Of a stretch of 63,547 nucleotides of DNA, positions 24,816 through 38,220 are shown in pieces (the stretch's first letter is position 1; every line of letters begins with the position of its first letter). A model generated the notes under the pieces. It was not told the DNA's origin and did no database searches. It worked only from the letters and a program-made list of their open reading frames with translations. The translations under genes and the position numbers were made by a program. Source of the DNA: Octopus bimaculoides (taxonomy: Eukaryota); contig NC_068994.1 of NCBI RefSeq assembly GCF_001194135.2, positions 9,583,713 through 9,647,259 of the forward strand. Direction: 5' to 3'.

Positions 24816-26282
24816 TAGATAGGCAGGCAGAGAGACAGAGAAACAGACAGAGAGACAAATAGAGAGAAAGAGAGAAAGAGAGAGTGAGAGAGATTTCGAA
24901 CATAGTAAGGTATTTATAGCCAGCCAAGTCGTTGAGATTATAATTAAATTGGATTGCGCTTTGCACGAAATTCATAGTCGTTGCTTTCGATTTTAGTTAT
25001 TAATCACGAATAGGATTCATTTGGACGAGCTCATCATTAATACACTTCCTATGATATAATGACTTCTTGAAGATAAATTATTCGGTATTGATCGATGGTG
25101 TTCAAATGGCTTTATCATATGGCGGTATCTATGTGTGTTTTAGCTGTCGTTATCAGAAGACTCATTAGCATACAGTTAAACGACCAAAACTATAAGACTC
25201 TAAATATTTGCGTATGTTTGTGCCATTCAAACATGGCTGTCAAGGGATCATTATCTTTTTATATTAATAAATGACGTCCAGTAATACACATAAGGGAAAT
25301 TTAGTTTAAAATGCATGTTTTTTTTATACAAATCTTTACTCAGGCATGTATGCATGTATGCATGTACATATTAACATACCTTTTGGTGTTCGATTGTGAA
25401 GATCCAGTTTGGTAGTTCCGAAGTTGAAAGGAATGATTCGTCTCACTTTGTGTGACATTACTCTTAGTTCCATGTAGGCCCATAAAAGCTGTACTTCTTA
25501 GGATCTCATCAATTGATTAAACAGTTGTCCCAGAGGTAAAGACAGCTCCCGTTATAATTGACAAAGCCGTGGTGAAGCCAGCTATTCTAGGAGAAAGATA
25601 ACGAAAATTTCTGTCAAAATAGTATCTTGTCACTGAGGCCTTCTTGCCGACTGAGGGAGCGGAGCACACGTCTCGCAGCAGCTTTTGTCACTTAACTCCA
25701 AATGCATACAGAAGATGACGTAATCATAACACATGCATAAAAGTACGCATGCATATGCATACACACACGCATACACATGTATGTGTGTGCTTTAGAGCGT
25801 GTGTATGCTTGGGATATATCCTATAGATGTCATTCCGTAAAGTCACTATTACTAAGCGATCAGCATATGACGACAGATGGCTGATGGCCGACTGATCGTT
25901 AGCATAAAACGATGCAGTATGTGACAAATTAAGGGAAAATGATGAATACACTTCTTTGATGATAATGTTCCATTTGAAGTCCAGTGGTGAGGATCCAGTT
26001 CAGTAGTTCTGAAGCTATAGAGAGTAGTTATAGGCGTTTTGTTCATGACAGCCTTTTTTTTAAATACAACGCTAATTGTCAAATATTCATGTTAAGTTGT
26101 GATTTGTTAAAGTCCTAAAATGCGTTTGGCCTCATCTGACGGCTACTGTTGTAGCCGATGAATCTTCTTGGGTTTCAACTGCGTATTATGTTCTAACATC
26201 TTACGGCATGCAACTGGCGCAAATTACAAATTGTATCGTCTCAAGAAGCAATGGTGACATCAAGGAATACGATAACTTGCTT

Positions 26283-26466
26283 TAGGGTGTCGAGCAAGGT
26301 AAAATACTTCACGGTATTTCATCCGTCTTTTCGCACTGTGCTGCCGAGTTCGTATTTGGCTTTCATCCTTTTGGAGGCGACAAAATACCAGTTGAGCACT
26401 GGAATCGATGTCATCGACTTACGCGTTTCCATTAAATTGCTGGTCTTGTGCCAAAATTGGAAACCA
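26283..26466 (+). mobile_element. SINE family C, diverged, 5' decayed
   Basis: gtaaaatacttcacggtatttcatccgtc...ggctttcatccttttgg...accagttgagcactggaatcgatgtcatcgactt...ggtcttgtgccaaaattggaaacc. Confidence 0.75.
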
Positions 26467-26974
26467 ATGACTAGCCTTACATACACCACACAAAGACATC
26501 TACCATTGGTTTGGGTATATTTATATATTAAACAATGCTGCCAGTTGCAGAATTTATTTCGAAAATTTCAATTCATTCCTGCCGTTGCTATTTATATTTT
26601 TAGCCCATAGCTGATTGTTATGCTTTCCATACGAATTTCCACCCACGGTTCCTGCACAAATATTAATATATGCCTAGATATTTCCAAATCTAAAGCATAT
26701 GTATATACTATTGCCAAGAACCAAATTTTGCATCGCATAGGCATCACAACCTAGTAACTGTATTTGAGGCATGAGATTATATTAAATACCTGTATTTGTA
26801 TATTTAATGTAGAGAGGATTTACAAAGCTAATAAGAATTAATCATTGAGTTGACAAAGTTTTTCACTGAAAACTACTTCTTTGACTTTTTTCAACAAGAG
26901 CAGGGAAAATATGTGGACAAATTTTGTCAGTGATACGATTATGACCAAGCATAACGGAGACATCACTGCACATA

Positions 26975-27003
26975 ACGTAGTAGTAGTAGCAGTAACAGCA
27001 ACG

Positions 27004-27062
<59 letters not shown>
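26975..27062. repeat. (GTA)n microsatellite
   Basis: Directly visible; explains the poly-V ORF at 26881. Confidence 0.97.
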
Positions 27063-27063
<1 letters not shown>

Positions 27064-29569
27064 AGATCACCAATAGGTTAAACGGCGGGTGAGAAACATA
27101 GAGTTGTTTAAAACATATATAGTTATATGGCTGTGCAACATTAGTCCTAAACCTGGACTGCCATGTTATGCTGGCAAACAGTCTTTACTACAAAGTACTG
27201 TTGCTGAATATCTTATGTTGTGAGATTTAAAAATAGTAATTTTCATGTTCGAATAAGTTTGTTTTAATCTCAGAGTGTTTCAGATTTAAAAATCTCCCCT
27301 AACGTCTCTCAGATGTTAAATTTTGTTACTTGTAGTGCCAATGGTAATTATTGTACATCTCCTTCACAATTAGGGATTGCTGGGCAAGTGAAATGTTGTC
27401 AACTACACATTAACTTGAACGAGCTGCTGCAACTGTGATGTTTGAATTGACGCCTCAATGTTCAATGTATATTATTGTACGTTGATCTGTGAGATATTTC
27501 CTCGTGAAAGTTTTCTGATTACTGTAGTTCCTTCTGTAGTTGTTTTTGTTGATCATGATATATAATCGTGAATACCGAAATTATGTAATCGAGTAGTTCT
27601 AAAAGAAAATCTCTATTAATTCTTTTCTTTCACTATTTTATGCGGTATAAAATTTCCTTACATTTTAAAATATATTACTCAACATTATCAAAAGTATTTA
27701 ACTGTCATTGCATAATTGGTCAATGTAAAAAACTTTGTTTGGCCATGTCAATATTAGCATTCTACAATAATTTCGTTGCTACCAATGACTTTTAAGGGTT
27801 AAGTAATTTTCTGTTCTTCATCTTAAAGTCAACAACTTTCCTAATATTTGGAAAACAAAAACGCCGTGTGGAAACTTCGCTTATATTTAACAAGGTTATT
27901 TCTATCGCGTATGTACAAATACACACAGGGACAATTTTACAAGTGCACTAAGAAATATATACGTATTCTGATACTCACAATATCTTACAGCTATCAAAAG
28001 TAAATTCTAAAACACAGAAAAAATTCTGATTATGTTACTCAGTTTCATCCGATATTTACAAAGAAAAATCAACGACAGTCACAAAAAGGAAAAGAGGTTA
28101 ATACAAAGCCAAGAAGTGTATACATCGTATATTCATGATTAACCTCGTATTATATATTTGTGAATATAAACAAATATTTGGGTAAGTGGAGATTTTCCAA
28201 TTAGAGACAACTGTGTGGATTGTTTGTGTTAGAACACAAGGAAAACATGTTTACACAAAATTGTAAAAGAATTAATTATTGTCTGTGTTTCGATATTGGC
28301 AAGAGAAATATTTCAATTAAGAGACAAAATAAAGAAACGCAAAAGAAATTTAGGAAAAATAAAAACAACAACTATAAACAATAAACTTTGAGAAACAGAA
28401 AATGCAAAGGAAACAACAGCAAAAAACTGAAAATAAGGTAAAACGAATTAGGAGTAAAGTAAGAAGAGATAGTCGAATCAGAAATATAGATAAAGACAGC
28501 ATGAGACAGCAATAGAGCAGTCTACTTAACGAAATATGATTAATTCAGCTACCTCAGCGTTGGACTATTTAACTGATCATATAGCTTAGACACCCCCCCA
28601 CACACACACACGCAAACACACACTCATACAGACGCGATCGCGCATACACATACAAACTCAAACACACATATATACAGAAAGGCATAAAGGTAACATTCCC
28701 ACGACTACATTATATATATATATATATATATATNNNNNNNNNNNNNNNNNNNNNNNNNNNNNNNNNNNNNNNNNNNNNNNNNNNNNNNNNNNNNNNNNNN
28801 NNNNNNNNNNNNNNNNNNNNNNNNNNNNNNNNNNNNNNNNNNNNNNNNNNNNNNNNNNNNNNNNNNNNNNNNNNNNNNNNNNNNNNNNNNNNNNNNNNNN
28901 NNNNNNNNNNNNNNNNNNNNNNNNNNNNNNNNNNNNNNNNNNNNNNNNNNNNNNNNNNNNNNNNNNNNNNNNNNNNNNNNNNNNNNNNNNNNNNNNNNNN
29001 NNNNNNNNNNNNNNNNNNNNNNNNNNNNNNNNNNNNNNNNNNNNNNNNNNNNNNNNNNNNNNNNNNNNNNNNNNNNNNNNNNNNNNNNNNNNNNNNNNNN
29101 NNNNNNNNNNNNNNNNNNNNNNNNNNNNNNNNNNNNNNNNNNNNNNNNNNNNNNNNNNNNNNNNNNNNNNNNNNNNNNNNNNNNNNNNNNNNNNNNNNNN
29201 NNNNNNNNNNNNNNNNNNNNNNNNNNNNNNNNNNNNNNNNNNNNNNNNNNNNNNNNNNNNNNNNNNNNNNNNNNNNNNNNNNNNNNNNNNNNNNNNNNNN
29301 NNNNNNNNNNNNNNNNNNNNNNNNNNNNNNNNNNNNNNNNNNNNNNNNNNNNNNNNNNNNNNNNNNNNNNNNNNNNNNNNNNNNNNNNNNNNNNNNNNNN
29401 NNNNNNNNNNNNNNNNNNNNNNNNNNNNNNNNNNNNNNNNNNNNNNNNNNNNNNNNNNNNNNNNNNNNNNNNNNNNNNNNNNNNNNNNNNNNNNNNNNNN
29501 NNNNNNNNNNNNNNNNNNNNATATATATATATATACATACATACATACATACATACATACATACGTACG

Positions 29570-29740
29570 TACGACGGGTGTCATTCAGTTTCCATCAACG
29601 AAATCTAATCACTACACTATGATTTGATTTAAAGCTACAGTAAAAGACAACCGGCAGAGATTCCACTCAGTGGGATTGAACCGATAACCATGTGTCTGGG
29701 AAGGAAAATTCGTACCACCCAGAGTCAAACTTGCACCTCT
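29570..29740 (-). mobile_element. SINE family A, old 5' half
   Basis: gtacgacgggtgtcattcagtttccatc...cagtgggattgaaccgataaccatgtg; a diverged reverse complement of the head and core. Confidence 0.7.
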
Positions 29741-30227
29741 AAAATGTATTGCAATGTTGAAAGTAAATCACAAATTTCAAGGTTTTGTAAGATCTCATCG
29801 TACACATGACCTTTTAGTCGGAAGCATTAATATGACATTAAACTAGTATATAGTTTGATTGAAGGAAGTTAAATGGTGTGCTACTACAACTTATAACCCG
29901 TATGTCAGCAATTAATTTGGATTTTCGTTTCTATATACCAGTTAATCTCGGATGAAGTCTCGCAAAGTTAGGATTAAGTGGAATTTCTAGAAATAGAAAT
30001 ACTCTATAATCGTTTACATATATTATTGTACTTGTTCTTACTTATCGTCCTGATTGCAATATAATTCAGTCTGCACTTTTCCTTCTCTTTTTATTTCAAT
30101 TTTCGCCAACTTCTTTAATTGGTTTGTCACTAAATGATAGCTGACATTAGGCGACGTAACTGTAATTGCACAAAGATTGTCCTGAGACATCGGCTTTAAT
30201 TCCTCTTCAATGATCTTTTCTAGTAAC

Positions 30228-30259
30228 CCAGCAGCAGCAGCAGCAGCAGCAGCAGTGGC

Positions 30260-30345
<86 letters not shown>
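30228..30345. repeat. (GCA)n-(GTA)n microsatellite, forming the 3' tail or target of the adjacent minus-strand LINE
   Basis: Directly visible; abuts the LINE 3' UTR at about 30347. Confidence 0.95.
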
Positions 30346-30346
<1 letters not shown>

Positions 30347-30347
<1 letters not shown>

Positions 30348-31462
30348 CCATCTTCACTCATTGTAATTCCTTTTATCTCAGGTTTTGTTGTAGCCCCTGG
30401 AGTGCAGCGGGCTTTCTCTCTGCAGCTTAGAGTATCACGATGTATGTTCTCTTCAACTTTTCTTTCCCCTGATTATTCTGACCGTTCCAAGCAGGCAAAC
30501 CCCTTGCAACAGTTTTATTGGGCACTGTTCCGATTTTATATTCCTCTTGATACCTACTGATATTGTCTCCTAGGAACCAACAATAATTGGCACTATCTTT
30601 ACCATCTTCATTTTCCATAGCCGAGCTATTTCGTTCTTACGAGGTTTGTATTTATCTATTATTTCGCCTTCCTTGAATATTCGTGGGTCAAAGATGTACG
30701 CAACATCAACTATATAGCATATGTGGAGCATCTTCTCCTCCAACACTAGGTCCAATCTATTATGCTCTAGCATCTGGCCTACTTGGGCTCCACCACTGTC
30801 TGCGGTTTGTGCTCGTACTGCGTCATGCCTCTCTCTAGAGGCTACTTCTCGCACAGTATCCAAAGTAGCGCTCTCGCTACCGCATCGTGTCGCCACAACT
30901 TGTAACGGTTTTGGGCAATTCTAGAGCATTTGTTTGCGATATGACCAATGGTTACGTCCACTCTATTACAGAATCGGCACAGAGGGGTCACTTGCTCATT
31001 CCTAAGGTTGCCTCTTCAATTCGTGGCCAAAGCTTGGATTTGCGTTGCCAGTATAGCGCTCTCGGTCTCTTTTTTCAGTGTCCCTTTCTTCAACCAATCC
31101 TACCCGTGTTTTCCAAGGACTTCAGGTGTGGCTATAAGGGATTTATCGTGTAGTCCCTTGTTGCGTAATACTTCTTCATGTCCTTTTTGTATTTCTTCCG
31201 TTGTTTTTCCCTTTTCCCTGCTTTCATTAATCCCTCATTCTAACTGACATTACCAAGGTTTCCTTACTTTCGGATAAGTATTTCATTAAACGCCCGAGTT
31301 CGATACGCAAGCAGTCTTCCACACATATCAGCCCTCTCCCTCAATGTGTTCTCTTCATGTATAGGCGATCAGTGTCTGCAAGTAAACGATGTGTTCCATG
31401 TATCGTTAGGAGCTTTCTTGTCTTCTCGTCCAAATCTTTTATCTCCTAAGCTATGTGCCTAT
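30347..31462 (-). mobile_element. R4/Dong-like non-LTR retrotransposon, about 1.1 kb 5'-truncated copy (RT C-terminus, CCHC, RLE, 3' UTR)
   Basis: Minus-strand peptides: DLDEKTRKLLTIHGTHRLLADTDRLYMKRTH*GRGLICVEDC (compare DVDRLYLPRKEGGRGL); LKKETESAILATQIQAL; PLCRFCNRVDVTIGHIANKCSRIAQNRYKLWRHDAVARALLWILCEK (intact CCHC); HNRLDLVLEEKMLHICYIVDVAYIFD...KYKPRKNEIARLWKMKMVKIVPIIVGS (PD-(D/E)xK RLE). Multiple stops and frameshifts. Confidence 0.93.
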
Positions 31463-31924
31463 AGTAGTAAGGATTATTATTATTATTGCCTTTAATATTG
31501 CAGTCATTCGATAGTACCTTTAAAAATAATTATTTCCCTATCGTTTGTTTGTTTACCTGGTCTTAATCTCCTTCGTCACCATCGATAGTCCTATCCTAAT
31601 TTATTTATTCAATTCATTTAGTCAATCAATTATCTATTTATTCATTCATCTTGCTGTATCAAGATTTATTTTTTAAAATCCCTCTCGTTTTCTCTTTTTT
31701 CCCTGACTTATTTCTTGTTTTTAACTTTTTTCACTCATTTCCATTTCTTATAGCTTTTTTTCCCCATTTCCGATAAATTATATAATTTTATAATCTTTCA
31801 CTACCTTCAACATTTTTTATGTTTTTCAACAGTTTTTAAAATAATGTTTTTCAATCATATTTATATATAAATAGTTCTACTAAATTTGTCGTTATTTTTT
31901 TCAAACATCTTCTATTATTTGTAT

Positions 31925-32030
31925 CGGTGCCCGATTAAGAAGCTCACTCTATAACCACGATGTTTCGAGTTCAGTTTCGCCGCACGGCAATTGTGAGCAT
32001 GTGCCTTCTATTATAACCGACTAAGCATTA
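31925..32030 (+). mobile_element. SINE family A head, highly degenerate
   Basis: aagaagctcactctataaccacgatgtttcgagttcagttt...tgtgccttctattataaccgactaagc loosely follows the family A head. Confidence 0.45.
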
Positions 32031-34661
32031 CTCATTTCGATGGTGAAATACCGAATACCGGCCCATAATATCTTGCTAAATAAGTTACTGAGAATCAAGC
32101 ATTGTATACACACGACCCAACCTGCACCGAACAACAACAATCCTGCAACAATCGCCAGATATTAAAATTCATTTCATGCAATAACTTCGTTTAAATATAA
32201 ATAAACCTTAGCGTTCGTTGAATTATACAATTTTGTCTGTTTATTTTTTCTCTTCCGTAAGATTAGAATGTTTTAAACGTCAAATATTATTGACAATAGG
32301 CATTCGAGAATAAAATATAAAATAAAAACCGAGAGAAAATAAAATACGTAAATAATCGCAATCATATAAAATAAAGTTTATATAGTCTTTGTATAACAGA
32401 ACCAACTCGAACTACTTAAACAAAAGGTTAGAAAGGAATACGTTTTTTTAAATTTTTTATCACGCATTGCCTAATGCATAAAACAGCATAATGTTAAAAA
32501 TAAATTACCAAGTGTCAATAATGTATTTTCTTATAATAGATTACACGTATATTATTATCATATGGGAGTTAAGGGAGTTAGCAAATTTAGATAAGAAAAC
32601 AGGTATGACAATATTATTACCTGCATTTGGAATTCAAAAGCCTGAACGGGGTTTTCATCCTTATCATCATCTCTATTTAACGATGTGTGTGTGTGTGTTT
32701 GTGTGTGTGTATGTGTGTGTATGTGTGCGTGTGTGCTTGTGGGTGTGAATTGTGATAACATTGAATGGGTCTTTCGGATACTGAATCCTAGATTCGTATA
32801 CACATAAATATATATATATATATATATANNNNNNNNNNNNNNNNNNNNNNNNNNNNNNNNNNNNNNNNNNNNNNNNNNNNNNNNNNNNNNNNNNNNNNNN
32901 NNNNNNNNNNNNNNNNNNNNNNNNNNNNNNNNNNNNNNNNNNNNNNNNNNNNNNNNNNNNNNNNNNNNNNNNNNNNNNNNNNNNNNNNNNNNNNNNNNNN
33001 NNNNNNNNNNNNNNNNNNNNNNNNNNNNNNNNNNNNNNNNNNNNNNNNNNNNNNNNNNNNNNNNNNNNNNNNNNNNNNNNNNNNNNNNNNNNNNNNNNNN
33101 NNNNNNNNNNNNNNNNNNNNNNNNNNNNNNNNNNNNNNNNNNNNNNNNNNNNNNNNNNNNNNNNNNNNNNNNNNNNNNNNNNNNNNNNNNNNNNNNNNNN
33201 NNNNNNNNNNNNNNNNNNNNNNNNNNNNNNNNNNNNNNNNNNNNNNNNNNNNNNNNNNNNNNNNNNNNNNNNNNNNNNNNNNNNNNNNNNNNNNNNNNNN
33301 NNNNNNNNNNNNNNNNNNNNNNNNNNNNNNNNNNNNNNNNNNNNNNNNNNNNNNNNNNNNNNNNNNNNNNNNNNNNNNNNNNNNNNNNNNNNNNNNNNNN
33401 NNNNNNNNNNNNNNNNNNNNNNNNNNNNNNNNNNNNNNNNNNNNNNNNNNNNNNNNNNNNNNNNNNNNNNNNNNNNTATATATATATATATATATATATA
33501 TATTCGCTTTGTGCGTTCGAAACATTCGAAAAAGCATAGTTATATTTCTCAGAGTCACAGCTTAATTGCTATTGAAATGAAAATAAATATATATTTGGGA
33601 GTGTAGTACTAGTTGTAACATCTCTCGAAATACTAACAAGGGCAGAACAAATGATTTGGTCACACTTCAAGCTATTTTGACTGGTGATAGTCATGTGTGT
33701 TAACCAACAACGGTTTTCTGCCTTATCTTCTAAGTATACGATTTCATTGTATGCTATTAGTTGGTGTATTTAGTTGTAAATGAGTAATAACGGAAAACTC
33801 TCTTAAATTTGATACTTATTCCGCGTAATAGAAATTATGAACAATCATGGCAGAAGGCTATACGCTGAACTGCAAAGCCAGCATATATGACGATCGTAAA
33901 AGACCGATAAAGTAAACTTACACGTATATACAAACGCAGGAACACATGTTCCTGTATACACGTATATGACGTATTTTATGTGGGTGAGCATGCATGTGTT
34001 TGCGCGTGTATATTAGCATGTGTGCGTGTATGACAGTATTAAATATCCCTGTATATGTGTGTTGGAAATGTAGTATTCCTTACAAATCAAAATCTATTCT
34101 TATCCAATAAAGTAAGCAAGCACATGAAATTCATGACTATCTTGAGAGTATTAATATACTCAGGAATATACATTACACTGCTAAATATTTCCAACGCACT
34201 CCATAACTATTCAGCTCATTCTTAATCAATCCTAACTCGTGGAGGTTTTTTTTTTTAATGACAGACGAATACGAAGTCGCTCACGTTGAAATTACTTCAC
34301 TAATTAGGTTTGTATGATTAATTTTAAAATGCAACAAACGATTTAATTGTGGTGTGTCCATTATCTGCAATGGAATAAAATACAGACTATTTTTGCCGAT
34401 AAAACATGCTTCAAAAGCAGAAATTCACCCAGGACCTACATTTGCTGAAACCTTATGTTAGACTTACTAATTGCTATGGTCGTCGGACAGAGCAAACGTA
34501 AACTAAATATTTTTAGAAGCAATCGATTCAATGATTAGTTGTTGGAGTTAGCTAGTAACCATATACAATATAATAGTCTATAGCAAGAGATATATGTTAT
34601 AGGGAATACTATTATGAAATGTAATTTCTTTTGAATTCCCTACTTTTTCTGTAAAACTGTT

Positions 34662-35078
34662 GCACTTGGAGTGGCTGTGTGGTAAGTAGCTTGCTTACGA
34701 ACCACATGCTTCTGGGTTCAGTCCCACTGCGTGGCACCTTGGGTAAGTGTCTTCTACTATAGCCTCGGGCCGATCAAAGCCTTGTGAGGGGATTCGGTAG
34801 ATGGAAACTAAAAGAAAGCCGTCGTATATATGTATATATATATATATGTTTGTATGTGTTTGTGTGTCTGTGGTTGTCCCCTCAACATCGATTGACAACC
34901 GATGCTGTTCTGTTTACGTGCCCGTAACTTAGTGGTTCGGCAAAAGAGACTGATAGAATAAGTACTAGGTTTACAAAGAATAAGTCCTAGGGTCGATTTG
35001 CTCGACTAAAGGCGGTACTCCAGCATGGCCGCAATCAAATGACTGAAACAAGTAAAAGAGTAAAAGCGTAAAAAAGTA
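34662..35078 (+). mobile_element. SINE family A, full length
   Basis: All modules and the gtaaaaga tail, as in 608-1018. Confidence 0.93.
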
Positions 35079-35830
35079 AACATTTCTTCGGGTTTAATTT
35101 TCACCCACTTATTCATTCCACTATTACATGCATGCATGCACACATACATACATTCACAAATATATATATGTATGTATGTGTGTGTATAAAATTACGTATT
35201 ATGTATCATTGTCATATGCGTAATCAACCCCCCCCCCCCCNNNNNNNNNNNNNNNNNNNNNNNNNNNNNNNNNNNNNNNNNNNNNNNNNNNNNNNNNNNN
35301 NNNNNNNNNCCCCCGCCAACTCTTTCCTATTGCAAGATTTGAAAAAAAAGTACGGATGGATGGATATATAAAAGTACGGTGGGAAAATTGATCCTAAAGC
35401 TATGCGATTATGTCTAGTCATTCGTAAGAAAGAATAAATATATCTGGTATTTTCCTATTGGCGGATTTAAATAAAATCTCCTCCCCTCAAATTTGCTTAA
35501 ATTTATGGCTAAGAAAAACGTAGGGGAGAAATAACTACAAAATGGTTTAGCTGTAGGGGATTTGAATTCCTTTATATTTCTTGCAAAATTTCTTTTGAAT
35601 AGATTCTCCAACGAAATATTTTTATCGTTATTTCTTTACTATTGTTGAAATTTGTGTTGATGTATTTCGCTTTAACAATACTTTTAATTTGTTTTTTTTT
35701 CTTTTGAATATACGATTTTTTTTCCAGATTATTAAATTTTTTTTTTTTAAATCAATGAAGCCGATATTATTGTACTAAATACAGTTATTAGATGCAAGTT
35801 GTCTTTGTTGTGCAAGAGTGGTTATCGTTG

Positions 35831-35986
35831 GCACTCCGTCACTTACGACGACGCGGGTTCCAGTTGATCCGATCAACGGAACAGCCTGCTCGTGAAATTA
35901 ACGTGCAAGTGGCTGAGCACTCCATAGACACGTATACCCTTAACGTAGCTCTCGGGGATATTCAGCGTCACACAGAGTGTGATAAG
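35831..35986 (-). mobile_element. SINE family B, 3' half
   Basis: gcactccgtcacttacgacgac...gatccgatcaacggaacagcctgctcgtgaaattaacgtgcaagtggctgagcactcca is the reverse complement of about 39510-39671. Confidence 0.88.
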
Positions 35987-37000
35987 TACTGTTTGTCCTT
36001 GTAGATATGCTTTATAATGTGCATATCTACTCTTCCTTTGTATCGAGGACTTTCGAAATGATAATTCTTGCTGAATAAAATAAATAGTGCTTGTATACAG
36101 CACGCCCATTCACATTACGATCGAGCTTTCCTAGCATTGCTCTGAAATTCTTCGTCGCAGTTACTAAGTTCCACCGATCTTGATTTTGCGTTGTTAAAGC
36201 ATTGAGGATTTTCCTCTAATTTAAGATGGAAGGAACACGTTACAAAAAAATTACAAAATAAAATTTATTCTTCCAGTTAACGGCTACAGAATCCAGCTTG
36301 TTGTGCTGTATTTTCATTCCTGTTGTGCATTGGAAAATCCCATAATAACCACTCTTTTTCATTTGTGAGTACTTCAATTGCTCTCCCAACTATACGGTAA
36401 TTGGGGAATGTGAGCGAGTTCCTTTCATAAACTCATTTTCTAATCTGTACTGCTAATCTGTCCCCCCTGATACTTAAATGTACTATCTAGTAGCACGTTA
36501 AACTTGCTACTGGTATCTTAATATTTTTGAAATCTTAAACAATTCTAGCCCACATTTTATCCACGTATGAAGCACTAGAACGTATGCTTTTCCATATCAC
36601 TTTAAAAAAAATATCTTTCACTTTCTCTCTCCAAGTCCTCGAGACAATATTGTCGGTCATTTACTGGTGTTTTTCTTTATGTGGTATCGACACGTTTTTT
36701 ATTCTTTTTATCAAACATTAGATGTTTCTCACGACTCATATTCAGAACTCAGGAAAATTCAGGTAGCATTTCTTTTTAATTTCTGTGCAACACCGAGCAA
36801 TTTTTTTTTCTAAAGCAGTGCTATATTCTCCATTCGAAATACACGCATATAGCATTATCAGTAGAAATTCATTAATTTGGTAATTACTTCTAGCCAGTAA
36901 GTGTGTACAAAGTGTACATGTACAAAACATTTCTATTCTATATTTTCAGAGTAAATTTTCTCTTTATTTTCCCCGTATTTTATTATTATTATCCTTTCTA

Positions 37001-37080
37001 GAATATTGACGCCGAATGGATGAAGCGTAAATTCGAACTCGGCGGAATTTGAACTCGGAATGATTCTGCGAGCTCGCCAC
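37001..37080 (-). mobile_element. SINE family C, internally deleted fragment
   Basis: Reverse complement reads ggcgagctcgcagaatcattccgagttcaaattccgccgagttcgaattt. Confidence 0.7.
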
Positions 37081-37113
37081 ATTACTGTATATTATTATTA
37101 TGCTAGGTTTTAA

Positions 37114-37315
37114 GGCAGCGACCTAGCTGAATCGTTAGCGCGCCCGGCGAAATGAGCAGTGGCATTACGCCACTTTCTGAGTTCAAATTTCGCCGAGGTC
37201 CATTCTGCTTTTTATCCATTCGCGGTTGATAAAATAAGTGTTGAGTACTGAGGACGATGTAATCGACTTATCCCCTCCCGCGAAACTGCTGGCCTTGTGT
37301 CAAAATTTAAATCCA
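37114..37315 (+). mobile_element. SINE family C, full length, diverged
   Basis: ggcagcgacctagctgaatcgttagcgcgcccggcgaaatg head, ctgagttcaaatttcgccgaggtc, and tgtaatcgacttatcccctccc...ggccttgtgtcaaaattt. Confidence 0.88.
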
Positions 37316-38174
37316 TCAATATGCTAGGCATTTTCTAACAATTTTCTCAGCCAAATAATTTAATTCCTTCAGCTTTCAGTGTTGGATTTCTCTTTTGCAG
37401 ATTTTCGACAGGTATATGAATGAGATAAAACTTTATGATCTGGTTAAAAAATGAAAAAAATCGTGGTTATATTAGCTATTTCCTTCTCCCTAGCTTCTAA
37501 TTTTCGCAATTGGTGCCTCTATTCTTTGATTTGCCTCTTTCGTCGTTATTTTAATATTCTTTCCTTGTACTTAACATACTTTCAAACTAATACAAGATTT
37601 TCCGAAACATTTGACGTGTATGCCAATAGAACTTCATAATAACAGACTAAAACACCCGTAAATACAATGAAAGAATATGACTTCAATGAATTATTCAGCA
37701 TAGACAGTTACCCAGCAACCTTTTGTATGCGAATGAGAATTATTTTGCCTAATCACGGAAATATTTCAGTACACCAGCAACATCATTAGTCAAAGGTAAA
37801 AACTAACTGTAATTGGCGAAATTAATTGTCGTGTCTGGTGCATAATGGGGATATGTGTAGTTGCATTAACTTAGTTGCATTAACTGTAAAGCAGTGCATC
37901 TGAAGAACAAAGGTATTACTGCGTATTTTCTCATAGTAGTATAACATTTCATTTGGAGACAATAATATACATACATACGTATATATNNNNNNNNNNNNNN
38001 NNNNNNNNNNNNNNNNNNNNNNNNNNNNNNNNNNNGTGTTCCTTTCTGTGGAGGAGCGTAGGCTCGAAATGTTAAAGACTTTTTCACTTCCCAAGAGTTG
38101 TGCTAATACATCTGTTTGTTGTCTGCAGCACCTGTCTTCGTCTTTAGTTTTTTGTTTTTTTTTGTGTGAATTCC

Positions 38175-38220
<46 letters not shown>

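Noticed and set aside
28140-28330. Stretch recalling a Penelope-like terminal repeat remnant
   Set aside because: Based only on recollection. There is no second copy in the window, no ORF and no ribozyme core.
30042-30159. Minus-strand AG...GT-bounded open segment (TSPNVSYHLVTNQLKKLAKIEIKREGKVQTELYCNQDD)
   Set aside because: Weak acceptor, no recognisable homology, and adjacent to a LINE tail; not supportable without RNA data.
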